Of a stretch of DNA of 64,000 bases, positions 26,101 through 39,502 are shown piece after piece (the stretch's first letter is position 1; every line of letters starts with the position of its first letter). The stretch covers positions 137,330,001 to 137,394,000 of the forward strand of contig OX597814.1 of the NCBI GenBank assembly GCA_951406725.2. Reading direction: 5' to 3'. This DNA comes from Octopus vulgaris (taxonomy: Eukaryota). The translations under genes and the position numbers were made by a program. The notes below the pieces were generated by a model, which was not told the origin of the DNA, did not search any database, and saw nothing but the letters and a program-made list of their open reading frames with translations.

Positions 26101-29100
26101 ACTATATTTCAATAAAAATCTTTTAGTATCTATGGCATCAACATCATAAGAGATTTAATTGATATCTTGAATGCTACATTTCCTTAAACAGGTGGTGATG
26201 CTTCCATATTCCCAATGATGCCTGAAGATACATTCTCTAGGATTGGAGAGATCTGTGTAAATATTCCAAGCCAAACAAACTCTTTAGAGGAGGAGCAAAT
26301 CAAACAAACAGCTGAAGAACCAGTTGCTAAAAAATTTAAAACTGATGATGGCATTTGTGAAAGCTCATGTGAAAGACTTCAGTTTCCTGAAAAAGATAAT
26401 GTGAGTTACATTTACAGATCTATTAATCCTGAATACTCCATGTCAACAATGCAAGAGCATTTTAAACAAAGCCCAGATTGGGAGTAAAAGAAATTTAGTG
26501 TGCAAAGAGGAAAACACTCAGGCTCTATCATCATTTTTCCTATGTCTGCTTTCTCTTGATGGGATGGGATCTGGGCAAGATGTTTTCACATAATGTTTTG
26601 TGGTTGGATTCACTCCCACATTCTTACCCTTTTAGTCACTGTTTATGACATATAGAAATACATTGTACTTATTGTTAAAACAGAGAGATATACTTCATTA
26701 ATTGATGATACCCTGGTTCTTATAATTAATTGATGATAACCTAGTGTATCTATCAAAGATATACATGGAGTGTAGAATGTTACAATCAAACAATATCAAA
26801 AGATAAATTTAGTCAAAGTTGAAGTATAGTTAGGAGTAAACATTTAAAAATTTCTGTCTCATCTGTGAAATGGTATTATATATTATACAAGAAAAAGATC
26901 TTTAGATGCATAATAGTTGGTTTACTAAAACTGGAGATTATATTACACAGATTCTTGAAGATGTAGACAGGTTCTGCCATTTAGTTGAAATAATTATTAC
27001 CAGAGGTGAATTTCATAAAAAAAAAAAATTGTAACTTGGGTAAGAATTATATGGAAAAAGCTTAAGGGACTGTTACCTTAGCTGGCAAGAAATATCTTAT
27101 TTTGCTATGTGAAAAGTACAATCTGAAGCATGCATAAGAAGCATAATGCTATATAATAGTGAAGCTTGGACAATCAGCATAGAAACCTGTAGTGGCTGGA
27201 AAGAAATGAACTGAAGGTAATCCATTGTATGTACTATGTCAATTTACAAGAAGAGTTGAGTAAAGTGAATTGAGAAACTGGCTTGGTATCAGTGCTAGAG
27301 GAACTATATAGGCAAGTAAAATCTATTGAATCTAGTTTATGATCAAGTACTTGGCTCTTTAAAACTTATATACATAAGTCTGTTTCCTTATTGTCTTTAG
27401 TTATAAGGTGTTGTCTTTTTTCATTAAGTTTCATCTCTTCAAATGAACCCTCAGTTTCAGCAATTTCAACTGAAATATTCCAGCTTTCTACAAGGAAGCA
27501 CTAATTTCTTATGTATGATATAAAATACCTCTTCTGAAGAAAGTAATTCACTTAAATGAAAAACTTTCTTTTTCATAAAAAAACTTACACTGTTTTGGCC
27601 AGTGCTTATATTGTATTAATTTACTGTTCATGCTACAAATTCTGTTCATTGCAAGATTTGTCTACTTTCATGTCACTTAAAATTACTTTAACATTCTAGA
27701 ATTAATAATATTGTATTTCAGGTGAAACATTTGACAGATTCATCATTTGCTTTGGCTGAAGACATTTTTCGAACAGGTGCCAAGTGTGTGCCCTTTGGGA
27801 AACAAGATACCTACGAACCAGGAATTAACTATCATTGCATAAATGCTCTCAGGATTAAGCCAGGCCGAGGCGACCGTACACTTAGCATGTCTTGCAGTGA
27901 TAAAATTGCCAGATGGAATTTTCTGGGATGTCAAGGTGCTTTGTTGAGCCACTTCCTTTTCGAACCAATTTACTTTAAGTCTTTTATTATTGCAAAGTAG
28001 GTGCTATGTATTTTATTCACTTGTTTTTACTGTTTTGCATCCATTTTCCAATGGGATGGTTTTTGTAAATTTGAGCGCTGTTGGAGCAGTTGTTTTTACA
28101 GTTGGACAATCTTCCGATCCTCATTGCTCTCTGGGGCACAAATCTCTCATCCTTTATCATATATTTTATTCCTTTCGGAACTGTAAATCTATTATCTATA
28201 ACCTATCTTTGCTAAACTAGACACTATATTCCAGCATTGTTCTAAAAGGAGACGTCTGCATGTGCATGGAATCCATTCATATCTCTTCCCTAAATATTAA
28301 TAAAGGTATCCCCTTAGTCTGGTTTAAAGTTTCTCTTCATCATTTCTATAAGTTAATCTTATGTCTATACATCTATTCTACTCTTCAAGCTCCTCCAACC
28401 ACCACTTGTCATTTTATTTTCTTTCATCTTTGAAGACATCTATCAGACTTCATTTCTGTTTAAAATCATCGTCTTCAATAATTTCAAAGTATACAACTCA
28501 TATTCACTTTGACATATATCCAAAACAGACATCTCTGGCACAGAGGCTGAAATATTTCCATATGTTAGTTGTGACTTCTTTCTTATCTTCTTTCAGCATT
28601 TATCTTTCACCTAGCCAGCACCATTTCTGCACACACATTTTCCAACTGTACAGCATACTCTTTCTCCCAACAAAACAGACTCAGAAGAGTAATAATGATG
28701 GGAGAACACAGATAAGATAAAGCATATTTTTAAGCTAGTGATTGCAACATTTTAATGATTTATGTAGTTTAGAATGTTTGTGTTAGACATAAAGTTGCAC
28801 AAGCTACATATCTCATAGCACACAGCAGCTAGGACCTGTGCATCTCTAAGTGGTTTTAGAATTTTGGTAATTTATAAAGATGGTTATTGTTCTTCCTGGT
28901 TAATACCAGTTCAAGCCTAATCAAATAGACCTATAGTTAAAGACCTTTCAATCACCCTGTGTTTTATTTGCCTATTGTGTGATTTTCATTTATTGATATG
29001 AGATATTAAGGAGATTTGGTTGCTATTTGTACCAGATTAAGCAATCATGTAAAACTCTCCTGCTCAAGTACATATGATTTATAGATGTGATGTATGTAGG

Positions 29101-32019
29101 CTGTTATGGTCAGACAGCATTGACTCTATTGACAGTAGTCTGTTAATTATGCATTTCTCTAGGGCATTACTGATATAAGTGAAATGGATTTTACAATGTG
29201 TAAACTTGCCTTGCAATGTGTGTGTGTGTGTGTGTGGAAAGAAGGGGTGTATTTCCATGCAGGAAAAAATATAGGAGAATTTGTTTTTGAAAATGCACCT
29301 GAATTTGAAAAACTTGTGACTGTTTTTAAATAAATTTATTTACATACATACCAAACTACTTTCAACAATTTTTTGTTTATCAATGGTATAAACATTTATT
29401 AAACAATGGGATTTTATAAATTGTAAATTGCAAAGTAAAAAACATGTTTAAATGATTAAATGTTCACAAAATTCAATGACAAGGGTAGATAATATCAAAA
29501 ATGATTGGCAAAGAATATAAAAAATGTGGATTATTAAAAGTTTGGTCATGTTGAGTTAAGAGAGAGAAATAAGAAAAGAAGAGAGTAAAAAAAGGGGGTG
29601 GGGTTACAGCTTCTGTCATCTTGTGTTTTTGCTTGTAATGGAGTGTTTTGGAATCAGTGTATTTATAAGTTTTTCTGTGAACAAATCTAATTTTTGATTC
29701 GTTATAATTCTGATGACGTTTTATTCTTTCTGGTGGTCAAGTTTGGCGTTCTGCCTGGTTGACTCCTCCTGTAGAGAATGGTCATCAACCCTTCCAGTTG
29801 GTTGATTCTCTTAAAGGGTCAGTGTTTTTTTTCCTGAGTGTCTGGTTCTGATCAGAGGTAAAATTTAATTGGTTTAGAGATAGATGATGTCAGCAACTGG
29901 TGTTATTGTGTAGTGATTTGAAGTTGCAGTTTCAAAATCCAAGGTGCATTGATAGAGAGGGAAAATTTAATATTTCAGGTTTATGTTTGTGGGGCATTGG
30001 TCTAGATGTTTGCTTACGGAAATTTTCTTGGTTGTGGGGTCCGGGATTTGTTGCCTGTGTACCATCAGTCTGTCCCTCAAGGTCAAACTAGTTCGACCTG
30101 GGTAGTCTCCATGACACCCACCATGTTTGAGGACACAGATTAAGTTCTTCAATGCACAGATGCAGTGATTTTTATGGTGAAAGTTTGACCTGACTTAAAT
30201 TTATATGTTGAGCCATCTAAGAGGTAGATGCAAGTCCTGCAGTTAGAGCAGTAGCATTTTTTGACTAGTGGGTTGTATTTTTGGTGGGTAATTTAGTGCT
30301 GGTGAGTAACCTTTTTAGGGATTGCAGTTGTCTCTTGCTTTTAATAATCATATGTGTTTCCAGTGCTTTTTTACACTTAGATCAACGCCTCGCAAACATA
30401 AACCCGAAATACCAAATCTTCCCTCTCTATCAATGCATCAGAAACAATTCAACCCAATTCTGATTGAATAAGGAAAGCATACTCATTAAAAAATATAGAC
30501 CACAGCTAAATATCCTTTAGAAAGAAGAAAAAATACTAAAAATAAGAAAAACTCAGTTTCTCTACAAAAAAACAACCAGATACAACAGACATAATTTAGT
30601 AACAGTCTTCCCCTTGGCTTTTGAAACCACAACTCCAAATCACCATACAATAACACCATACACTTTCTCAAATGCCAGTTGCTGACGTCACCTATCTCTA
30701 AACTAATGAAATTTTACCTCCGATCAGAACCAGACCCTCAGGAAAAAAAACACTGACCCTTTAAGAGAATCAGCCAACTGGAAGGGTTGATGACCATTTC
30801 CTACAGGGAAGTCAACCAGGCGGAACAAAAAAAATTGACCACTAGAAAGAATAAAATGTCATCAGAATTATGGCGAATCAAAAATTAGATCTGTTCACAG
30901 AAAAACTTATAAATACACTGATTTCAAAACACTCCATTACAAGCAAAAATCCTTGTACACAACAGAATAAAATACAATTAGACACAAGATGATAGAAACT
31001 GTAAAAAGAAAAAAAACCCTTTTTACTCTGTTCTTTTCTTATTTCTCTCTCTTAACTCAGCATGGCCAAACTTTTAATAATCCACATTTTTTATATTCTT
31101 CACCGATCATTTTTGGTTTAATCTACCCCTGTCATTGAATTTTGTGAACATTTAATAATTTAAACATGTTTTTTACTTTGCAATTTAATAAATGTTTATA
31201 CCATTGATAAATAAAAAATTGTTGAAACTAGTTTGGTATGTATGTAAATAAATTTATTTAAAAACAATTACAATTTTTTCAAATTCAGGTGCATCTTCAA
31301 AAAAAAATTCTCCTACACACACACATTTCCAGCTGTTTATATGTTCCTACTCAATGTTATGTCTATTTTCCCACTCAGTGCCTCCACTTAGTGTTGTGTG
31401 TTAGTCCCAGTTTGATATTATGTATTTCTCCATTCATTATTGTACATATGTTCCAATTTAATTTTGAATATTTTCTGGTTATCTTGATTACGTTTTAGCT
31501 GTCCATTCAGTGTTGATGCTGCCCACAGAGCTCTTATGGGAAGATTTGAAACACAAGCTGAATCACTTCATTTATCTGACGGTTATTTCATGAACAAACC
31601 AAATATTTTACAGTCCTCTCTCTCATTTGCTGACAATAAAAACAACTCCAAGACTGGTAAATTGAAAGAAAATGTTATTCCATGCAGTACAAGTAAGTAA
31701 ATGATAAAGCAAACAAAATACAAAATCAAACAGCAAACAAGTGAAAGAAATTGACTAATATCAGGTATCTGTATTTTCTGTTTGACTATTTATTATCAGC
31801 AGTATCAATCATGGGATTTTAGCTTTTGGTATTAGCAATGTAAAGAGAAATAACTACTATTGGGTGTAGATGGCTCAGCCAAAAAATGATAAATTCAGAA
31901 CTGATTCTTATTAGTAACAAGTTAGACAAATATCTTCTACCATTGCCTCAGGGTTTCCAATACTATGTGAGTAGAATTTGGGAAACAGAAACTGTCAAGC
32001 TCATCATAAATGAATGAAT

Positions 32020-32056
<37 letters not shown>

Positions 32057-35000
32057 CGCGCGTGCGTGTATGCGTGCACACACACCTGTATGTGCATGTA
32101 TGTATGTATGTATGTATGTAAGTATCTGTGTGAATCATCACCGTTTAATGTCTGTCTTAAACATGATGATGATGATCTATGTATATATACATACACAAGT
32201 GGGTGCTGAAAAAGTTCCTGGTTTTGGTATAAATAAAATACAGGAGGACCAGTTAATTATGATTTTATTCAATATATTCCTCTCTCAGATTCACAACACT
32301 TATTGCAATAGTCCTTCAGTTTTTCTAAGCCCTGTAAGAGAACTTGGGCCTCAAACTAAGCCTTACGCAAAACCCTTAAAGCCAGGAACATTTCAGCACT
32401 CGCCTCGTGTATATACACGTGTGTGATATAATTATCTGTAACCTAATGCTATAAAGTGTTCTCTGACGATCCATTGTTGTTGAGCATCTGATAAATGTAC
32501 TTAGAATACCCACTGTAGTGTTCTAAACAACCATAACGGTGAAATGTATGTAGGAACTATAATATAAACCAGTTTTTATCCTTATTTCTTCTAAACATGT
32601 GCGTGTGTAATGTATGTCTTGTGCTAATATATATCATCAGCAAAAGATGTAATCATCATTGGGAAATCTGAAAAACACCTCTTCATTTGAAATCCTATGC
32701 AATATTTGTGCTGTACTGAATGACAGATACTCCCTTGCAAATAACTATCAGAAATGCTGTGAATTCACTACTGACCCATTAGAAATCTAACTAACAATAC
32801 TATTGTTCACAAATTATGAAATAAGCTAAATAAATGCTAAATCAACAACATCAAAAATGAACAACTTTGCTGTAGAGTATTAAAACTGATTAAATATTTG
32901 ATGTTAACAGTTAGGTTTTTCAGAAATATAAGTTGAAACCCTTTTGAAATTTGGCCCTGGGTTAAGGTGTTATTTTACTGGGCCCACAGTCATAAATTTA
33001 AACACTACAGTACTTTGTTATAGTATGTCCTTAAGTACTACTTGTTTCAGTTGATTTAACAGGAACAAGGTACCATTTTTATTTTTAAAAAATTGGTATT
33101 TACACAACCAACTCTAGTATGGCTAAAAATTTATAAAAATAAGAAGGAAAAATAAAATAAATAAATTAAAGAATGATATTGATTTCTACCATGTTTAAGA
33201 ATTTATCTTCTTTTTGCAGCAATAATTTGGTATAAGAAAGGTGAAAATGCAACTGAAGAAATTGCAGTGAATGGCAGAAAGCAAGGTGCAACATTGAAAT
33301 CGATAAATAACTGCTCAGCCCAGTTAGTAATTAAATGCACTCAATATATAAATCAATGTTTCTTACAATCCCAAATGGCGAGTCAGTAACATGGTCATCA
33401 TTGTTTTATCATTTTAATATCCACTTTTACATGTTCATATTGGGTGGTCAGAATTTACTGAAGCAGATTTTCTATGGCTAGATGCCTCTCCTGTCACCAA
33501 CTCTTATCTATTTCCAAGCAAAGGGATATTTCAAAATGACCAGGCATGTATTCATGGAAGGTAGTCCATGAAGAACTACTTGTGTAATGGTGACATTCAT
33601 TTGCAACTATCACATGAAGTCAGGGCAAGGAGACAGTAGTACATACATAAATGCATGCATGCACACTCACACACACACACACACACACACACATGCTCAG
33701 GGCTATAGTAAAAGACACTTTCCCAAAGTGCCACACGGTGAATCTAAGATCACACGGTTAAGAAAGAAACATCTCATCATAACATCATCATCATCTAACT
33801 TCCATCCTGGCATGGGTTGGACCGTTTGACAGGAGCTGGCAAGCCAGAGGACTGTACCAACCTCCAGTTTGTTTTGGCATGGTTTTTGCAGCTGGAACCC
33901 CTTCCTAATGCCAACCACTGCAATAAATGTAACATATGCAACTGTTATATTATATTGCCTGGTCTGCTCTTAATGTTGCAATTCAATAATGCATTCAAAA
34001 TGGCAAAGCATTTAATAAGAAATTGTTCAATTGTTAACCTTTTATTCTTGTTGTACCCATTATTCTTTTTGTATCTGTGATGCTGTTGACCTGCTTCTTC
34101 CTCCAGCTTGCTTATATCTCAAGTTATATTCACTAACACAAAACTCGGCTTTGAGTTATATCTTTCTTTACTCTCTATTTTATTGATATTGATATTTCTA
34201 TTGCTACTAAGGTGGTCAGCTGGTATAATTATTAACAGGTAAGGCAAAATGCTTAGTGGTATTTTGCCTGCCGTTACATTCTGAGTTCAAATTCCGCCAA
34301 GGTTGATTTTGCCTTTCATCCTTTCGGGGTCGATAAATTAAGTACCAGTTATGCACTTGGGTCGATGTAATCAACTTAATTCGTTTGTCTGTCCTTGTTT
34401 GTCTCCTCTGTGTTTAGCCCTTGTGGGTAGTAAAGAAATAGGTATTTTGTCCATCTTTATGTTTGGAGTTCCAATTCTACTAAGGTCCACTTTGCCTTTC
34501 ATCCTTTTGGGGCTGATAAAAGAAGTGCCTGTTGAACACTGGGGACAATGTAATTGACTTACTCCATTCTCCGAACTTGCTGGTCTTGTGCCAAAATTTG
34601 AAACCAATACTTCTATTACTACTTCTACCATGACGTTTTCACCTATTGCACCATCTAAATGCCTCTAATGCCCCCCTATTTATCCCCTTTTACTCCAAAC
34701 GTGTCTCACACCCAGCCCCAAATGTCTAACCGAATGATTCATCTAATTCAGTAGTTCTCAACCATTTTTTGCCTATGGACCCCTTTTATTCCTAATTTAC
34801 TCAGATGGACCCTCATAAACAGTTGTTTAAAAAATCCTGTTATATTTTTATAATTGAATATTATTAAGAATTGCATAAAAAAAATTGTTAAAATACTGTG
34901 TGTACTGTAGAAGTATAACCGTTTTCATTGCACATAAATTTCAACAACCAAATCTTATATGGACCCTGGTTGAGAACCACTGATCTAATTCTCTATCCCA

Positions 35001-37248
35001 GAACTGCTTCTTTACATCAACCATTAACTTTCAAAGGTTCAAACTAAACATTAGCTGTATTTACTTTTTACACAACTAGCCCCTTAACAGTCTAAGACGA
35101 GCCTGGAAACACTATGGGGTATTTGTACCTCACATCCTCTAGACTACATTAACCCTTTAGCATTTAAACTGGCCATATCTGGCCAGAAGTATTCTGCCTG
35201 TTTTATGTTCAAACTGGCCAGATCTGGTCTCTCACACTAACCCTACAATATCATTTAAAAAATTAACAGCTACCTCATCATAATCTCATAGCTACAAGAT
35301 AATACATGATTAGTTCAAAGCAATGTGGATAAAAAAGGATTAATTTTGGCAGAATAATGCGAACACTAAAGGGTTAAATTAAAAGAAAATACAATTTGAA
35401 GATCTCTTTCGGAGCATATTTTCTCTCCAACAAATAACCTGCTCCAGTTCAAGCTGAACATCAACATCACTAACCTCACATTGTTATGACTATCCCACTC
35501 AATAATAACACTATAAACATTACTCTCTTCCTTGTCAACCTAACACATTTTTTAAACCAAGACAAATAGCCAAACATTAAATGGTTTACAGACCATTATT
35601 TGAAGTAGAAGCCTTTAACAAACTGTCATACTTGGCAGAATCATTAGCTTACCAGACAAAATGCTTAGCAGCTTTCTTTCCAGCTCTTTACATTTAAAGT
35701 TCAAATGTCAGAGATCAACTTTACTTTTCATCTTTTAGGGCGGTTGATAAGATAAAGTATTAGTCAAGTATTGGGTTCAATGTAATTGACTAATCCCCTT
35801 CTCCTACAGTTGTTGGCCTTATACTAAAAATTTGAAACTATTATTTCATCCATATCATCCGTTATTTCATTTATGTTACGTCATTTTCCTAGTTCTGACC
35901 TCATCCCTTAACATCAAGTCTTTTTCAACTGATCTTTCTATATTAGTTGCTATCTTCTAAAAAATTCTTATTTTCTAAGATATAATCTGATCTGGTTTCA
36001 CTATGTCATATCACAGATTTTCCATTGTCCAAAAGTTTCTATTGTATATAATTGTACTTAATTTCCTTTCAGTTTAAGTATTTCCTGCAAAGCTCTATAT
36101 TCTGAGTTCAAGCGTGTTAAAGAGATTGCATCAAAAGTTAACAAGTTACCACTCACTTTAAAGAGGTAAGAATCTGATTGTTGCATATGTTTTCTTTGTA
36201 ACCAGTTCTCTTATGAATTTAAAAGGACAGACTAGATCTTAGCTTCTATTTTAAAAGTAATTTGCACCTTTTCATGTTATTGTCATTTACTTCATTAAGG
36301 AGACCTATGACCTCAGACAATATCATTCAATGTATCCCTCCCCTAGGATGGTAGGGTGTAATATGAATGATTTGGCTGCTGTTTCAAGCATGTCAAGTGA
36401 CTACATAGAGGTTCCCTTGACTTGTTCACATATGAGACTCATTAAGTAGAAACACTTGTCATATAATGTCTTACAGACTAAATGCTATTTGTTAATTTAC
36501 TGCATTCTCTATAAATCTTTATTTAACCAACAATCATTGGCTTTTAGTTGATCATCAGCAGCTAGAATATTATTATGACTTCTATATGTCATACTTAATA
36601 TCTGTGTAGAAGAGTGTGTGTGCTAGTTTCAAACGGTGCTCGAGTGGTTGTCTATAATCCTTAGTGAATATTATTAAGACTCATAGATATCTGCTTTAAT
36701 ACACAGGTAGTGTTTGTCTAATAATGTATTATGATGCACATACACGAGGCTATACTCATAAAATCTTAAGCATACACATGTAAATAGATTGATTCGTGTT
36801 CACTGAGGATTTCGGACACCTACCTGATATCATGTATTTCAAAGTTTACAAACTTTCTACATGTGTATATAATTTAAAGTTTTCATTTTGTTTTCACATG
36901 TAATACTCCAAATTCACTCACATGTGATAGATATACAAACAAGCAAACATTTATCCATGAACACTCAGGCATGGCTCTAGGCACATGTGTGGCTATGTAG
37001 TAAGAAACTTGCTTCCCAACTACATGGTTTTTTTTTTGGGGGGGGGGTATACCACTTAACAGAATAATTTCAAAAAGATAATGTGTAATTGTATTTATTA
37101 TAGTCTTGAAGATGATTCATCCAGCTGCCAAACCTATTACTCGCATAAAATAGCTGCTATGAAATACCAAGATATTTGGAACCAATTGCTGAAGGGAACC
37201 TTAAAGACATGGGTTAAAAAGCCAAAAGAATTTATGCAATTCTTATGA
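16076..37248 (+). CDS. ADAT1: tRNA-specific adenosine deaminase 1 (A37 to I in tRNA-Ala), complete, 10 exons, 478 aa
   Basis: Exons 16076-16223, 19531-19608, 21426-21480, 24543-24679, 26192-26400, 27722-27996, 31499-31692, 33220-33322, 36073-36165, 37104-37248 total 1437 nt in frame. Motifs [76 protein letters not shown]. No dsRBDs, so ADAT1 rather than ADAR. Confidence 0.96.
16500..18090. mobile_element. LTR retrotransposon fragments in opposite orientations in ADAT1 intron 1
   Basis: Minus-strand LTR end (..TTACA) followed by TGGTGACCCG PBS near 17040-17056; plus-strand LTR from 17415 homologous to the one at 13434; about 40-bp block at 17342-17385 inverted at 18041-18080. Confidence 0.55.
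19531..19608 (+). CDS. ADAT1: ADAT1 exon 2 ([26 protein letters not shown])
   Basis: ttttcag acceptor, G|GTAAAT donor. Confidence 0.94.
21426..21480 (+). CDS. ADAT1: ADAT1 exon 3 ([19 protein letters not shown]; catalytic HAE)
   Basis: tctag acceptor, CG|GTAATT donor. Confidence 0.95.
22960..23860 (-). mobile_element. Decayed RTE-like LINE reverse transcriptase fragment
   Basis: Minus-strand translation [20 protein letters not shown]...[13 protein letters not shown] (degenerate FADD region). Confidence 0.65.
24543..24679 (+). CDS. ADAT1: ADAT1 exon 4 ([12 protein letters not shown]...FQFFMSSTP)
   Basis: ttgcag acceptor, T|GTAAGT donor. Confidence 0.93.
26192..26400 (+). CDS. ADAT1: ADAT1 exon 5 ([13 protein letters not shown]...EKDN)
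   Basis: aaacag acceptor completes the PCG zinc ligand; AAT|GTGAGT donor. Confidence 0.92.
27722..27996 (+). CDS. ADAT1: ADAT1 exon 6 ([10 protein letters not shown]...[21 protein letters not shown]...)
   Basis: tttcag acceptor, AA|GTAGGT donor; ORF 27722..28000. Confidence 0.96.
29272..31315. mobile_element. Two inverted Penelope-like element 3' ends with a decayed GIY-YIG endonuclease
   Basis: Arms about 29272-30010 and 30372-31315 are reverse complements; minus strand 29945-30265 translates to [43 protein letters not shown]. Confidence 0.8.
31499..31692 (+). CDS. ADAT1: ADAT1 exon 7 ([16 protein letters not shown]...VIPCST)
   Basis: ttttag acceptor, A|GTAAGT donor, open frame. Confidence 0.92.
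32194..32409. mobile_element. Mariner-type MITE
   Basis: Imperfect TIRs of about 30 bp (..GTGCTGAAAAAGTTCCTGG / CCAGGAACATTTCAGCAC..) flanked by TA. Confidence 0.7.
33220..33322 (+). CDS. ADAT1: ADAT1 exon 8 (IIWYKKG...[12 protein letters not shown]...)
   Basis: ttgcag acceptor, CA|GTTAGT donor, conserved NG..QG. Confidence 0.92.
34210..34610 (+). mobile_element. tRNA-derived SINE(s) with Meta-domain-like core
   Basis: B-box-like GAGTTCAAATTCC followed by GCCTTTCATCCTTTCGGGGTCGATAAATTAAGTACCAG, partly duplicated; related copies at about 35630-35840 and 53205-53425 (-). Confidence 0.7.
34749..34982. mobile_element. hAT-type MITE
   Basis: TIRs CAGTAGTTCTCAACCA / TGGTTGAGAACCACTG, perfect 8-bp TSD ATCTAATT. 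Confidence 0.85.
35153..35373. mobile_element. piggyBac-type MITE
   Basis: TTAA|CCCTTTAG ... CTAAAGGG|TTAA; inverted partial copy at about 18280-18388. Confidence 0.8.
36073..36165 (+). CDS. ADAT1: ADAT1 exon 9 ([15 protein letters not shown]...LPLTLK)
   Basis: tttcag acceptor, AG|GTAAGA donor. Confidence 0.88.
37104..37248 (+). CDS. ADAT1: ADAT1 exon 10 ([13 protein letters not shown]...[12 protein letters not shown])
   Basis: ttatag acceptor, TY..K...YQ and W.KKP terminal motifs, TGA at 37246-37248. Confidence 0.93.
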
Positions 37249-37253
37249 TATTT

Positions 37254-37259
37254 AATAAA
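37254..37259 (+). terminator. Candidate polyadenylation signal of ADAT1
   Basis: AATAAA 6 nt after the stop; second copy at 37307. Confidence 0.4.
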
Positions 37260-37461
37260 AAAATATTTTTTTTAATAGATATATTTTGATATAAGTTTTA
37301 CCTTAAAATAAATTTTAAAAAACCTTTGTGTAAATTAAATCTTTATTTTAAAAAAAGCTTGGTTTCAGGTGCAGTTTCTCTTGAGCAAGTGTCTTCTACT
37401 ATATCTCCAGGCTGACCAAAGCATGAGTGAATTTGAAAGAGGGAAACTGTGTGGAAGCATC

Positions 37462-37492
<31 letters not shown>

Positions 37493-39004
37493 CCAGCAAT
37501 ATAAACAAGAATGTATTTTGCACTGAAAGCCAATATGAGTCTAGCAGAACATCCATGTTTAAGTGGGGATAAATATTACCTCTCAGTATTTAATACTGAC
37601 TCTGTCACTAATATATATTTTATAAATATTATGATATACACATATAATGTGTGTTTAGATCATCATCATGACCATCATTTTATGTCTGCTTTCCATGCTG
37701 GTATATGTTAGATGACTTGATAGGATCTAACAGGTTGGATCCTTCCTCTGATATCTCACTTTTAGCATAGTTTTTTTTTCCAATTAGATGCTCTTCCTAA
37801 CACCAATGTCTCCACAGTGTACTAGATGCATTTTTCATGGTACCAGTATCATAAATGTTGTCTTACTCTCAGCAAGACCAAATAGTCCTCTCAAACCAAT
37901 GTCAGTACTTGATCTACCAACAGCTTTACAGATTGTGCATTTATCATGGCACCAGCACTTGCACAGTTGTATTGTAATTCACCAGAATAAAGAGCATCCA
38001 CAACTAAAAGACAGAATATGAGAGAGAGGGGTGAGTTTGGACAAGATGTTCAGAAGTTAAAAGTATGAAGGAAAGAATAAGTTTGTTTTGAGAGGGTGGT
38101 AAGGGAGAGACTAACAGACATGACAGTGTTAGGGAAAAAAGTAATTGAAGGGAAAGGGAAAGAGTAGTGTTAGGGGTTAGTGTGAAAGAGAGAGAGAGGA
38201 ACAGAATATAATTAATGGGGTGGGTTTGGTGAGGTTACTCAGAGCTATCCAACATTGTATATCATCACCATTTTATATCTATATTCCATGATGGCAGTGT
38301 AGGACAGTTTGACAAGATCCAGTGAGTTGAGGAACCACATCGTCGCTAAGTTTCTACAACCAGAAGCCTTTCCTAGTACTAACCATTCCAATGTACGCTG
38401 GGTGCATCTTTTGTGGCACCAGTGTCAGAAAGGCTTACCATGCCCCCAACAAGACGAAATGTTCCTCTCAACCCCACATAAAAACTGCTTGATTTCCCAT
38501 CCACTTTACAGAGTGTACTGAGTGCATTTATCATGGCACAAGCAATTGTGTGGTTGCTTTGTAACTCAGGCTAAATAGACCCTGATGACTAAGAAGTAGA
38601 ATATAAGTGAAGATAATTACTTTAGGCAAGGAACTGAGAATTTAAAGTATGAATAGAGAACAGGTATATTTTTGTAAGAGAGTACTATGGGAAAGACTAT
38701 CACAGACGAGAAAAGAGTAGTAGTCAGGCAGGAGACAGAAGAATAAAGGGGGAAAGGCGATGGGGTGAGCTCAATAGAGGTGGATCCAGTGCTATCCTAG
38801 ATAGCACAGGATCATTTTATGTCTGCTCTCCCTGCTGACATGAGTTATATGGTTCATCAAGATCTGAGTTACAGCTCTTAGGTTGTAGGATCATGCACAC
38901 ACATACTGTCAAAATTTATTAATAGAAAATGTGCAATAAAACAGCATATTGATTTTATACATTATCATTATGACCAAGACAGATATTTGGAGAATTATTT
39001 TAAA

Positions 39005-39389
39005 CTAGCAGTATCGCCCGGCGTTGCTCAGGTTTGTAAGGGAAATAACTATATAAGCATTTTTAGAGAGTTATAGCAAAAAAAATGCATTAAAAATTGA
39101 AAAAAAATTAAGGTAAATTTTTTTTTAAATCGTTAACACATCGTAGATATTTTTAGAGAGTTACTTCCCTTATATAATAGCGAAAAAATGCATTAAAATG
39201 GAAAAATATGATGGTAAATTTTTTTTAAATCGTAGACTCATTGTAGACGCGCACTAATACCCAGAAGGGCTCGATATGAATCACGACTATAAGATACCCG
39301 CTTTTGGTTAAACTGCACAGCAAAATGTGGGAGTAGTTACGAATCTAAATCGTAGGAGACAGACACACAACTTCACTCTTATATAAAGA
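39005..39389 (-). mobile_element. Non-autonomous Helitron
   Basis: Minus strand A|TC... start, GC-rich subterminal hairpin, CTAG|T end, no TSD. Confidence 0.75.
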
Positions 39390-39502
39390 TATAAGCCACG
39401 TAGTTATATACACATACTTTGTTATATACACATTCTTAAAAGAAAATGTTATTTTGAACACAACATTTATAAAGAATAAAATATTTTTTTGGTTTTTCTT
39501 AA

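Noticed and set aside
16076-37248. Novel ADAR-type editing enzyme
   Set aside because: No dsRNA-binding domains; N-terminal EWTLLAAVV and RTGAK motifs identify ordinary ADAT1.
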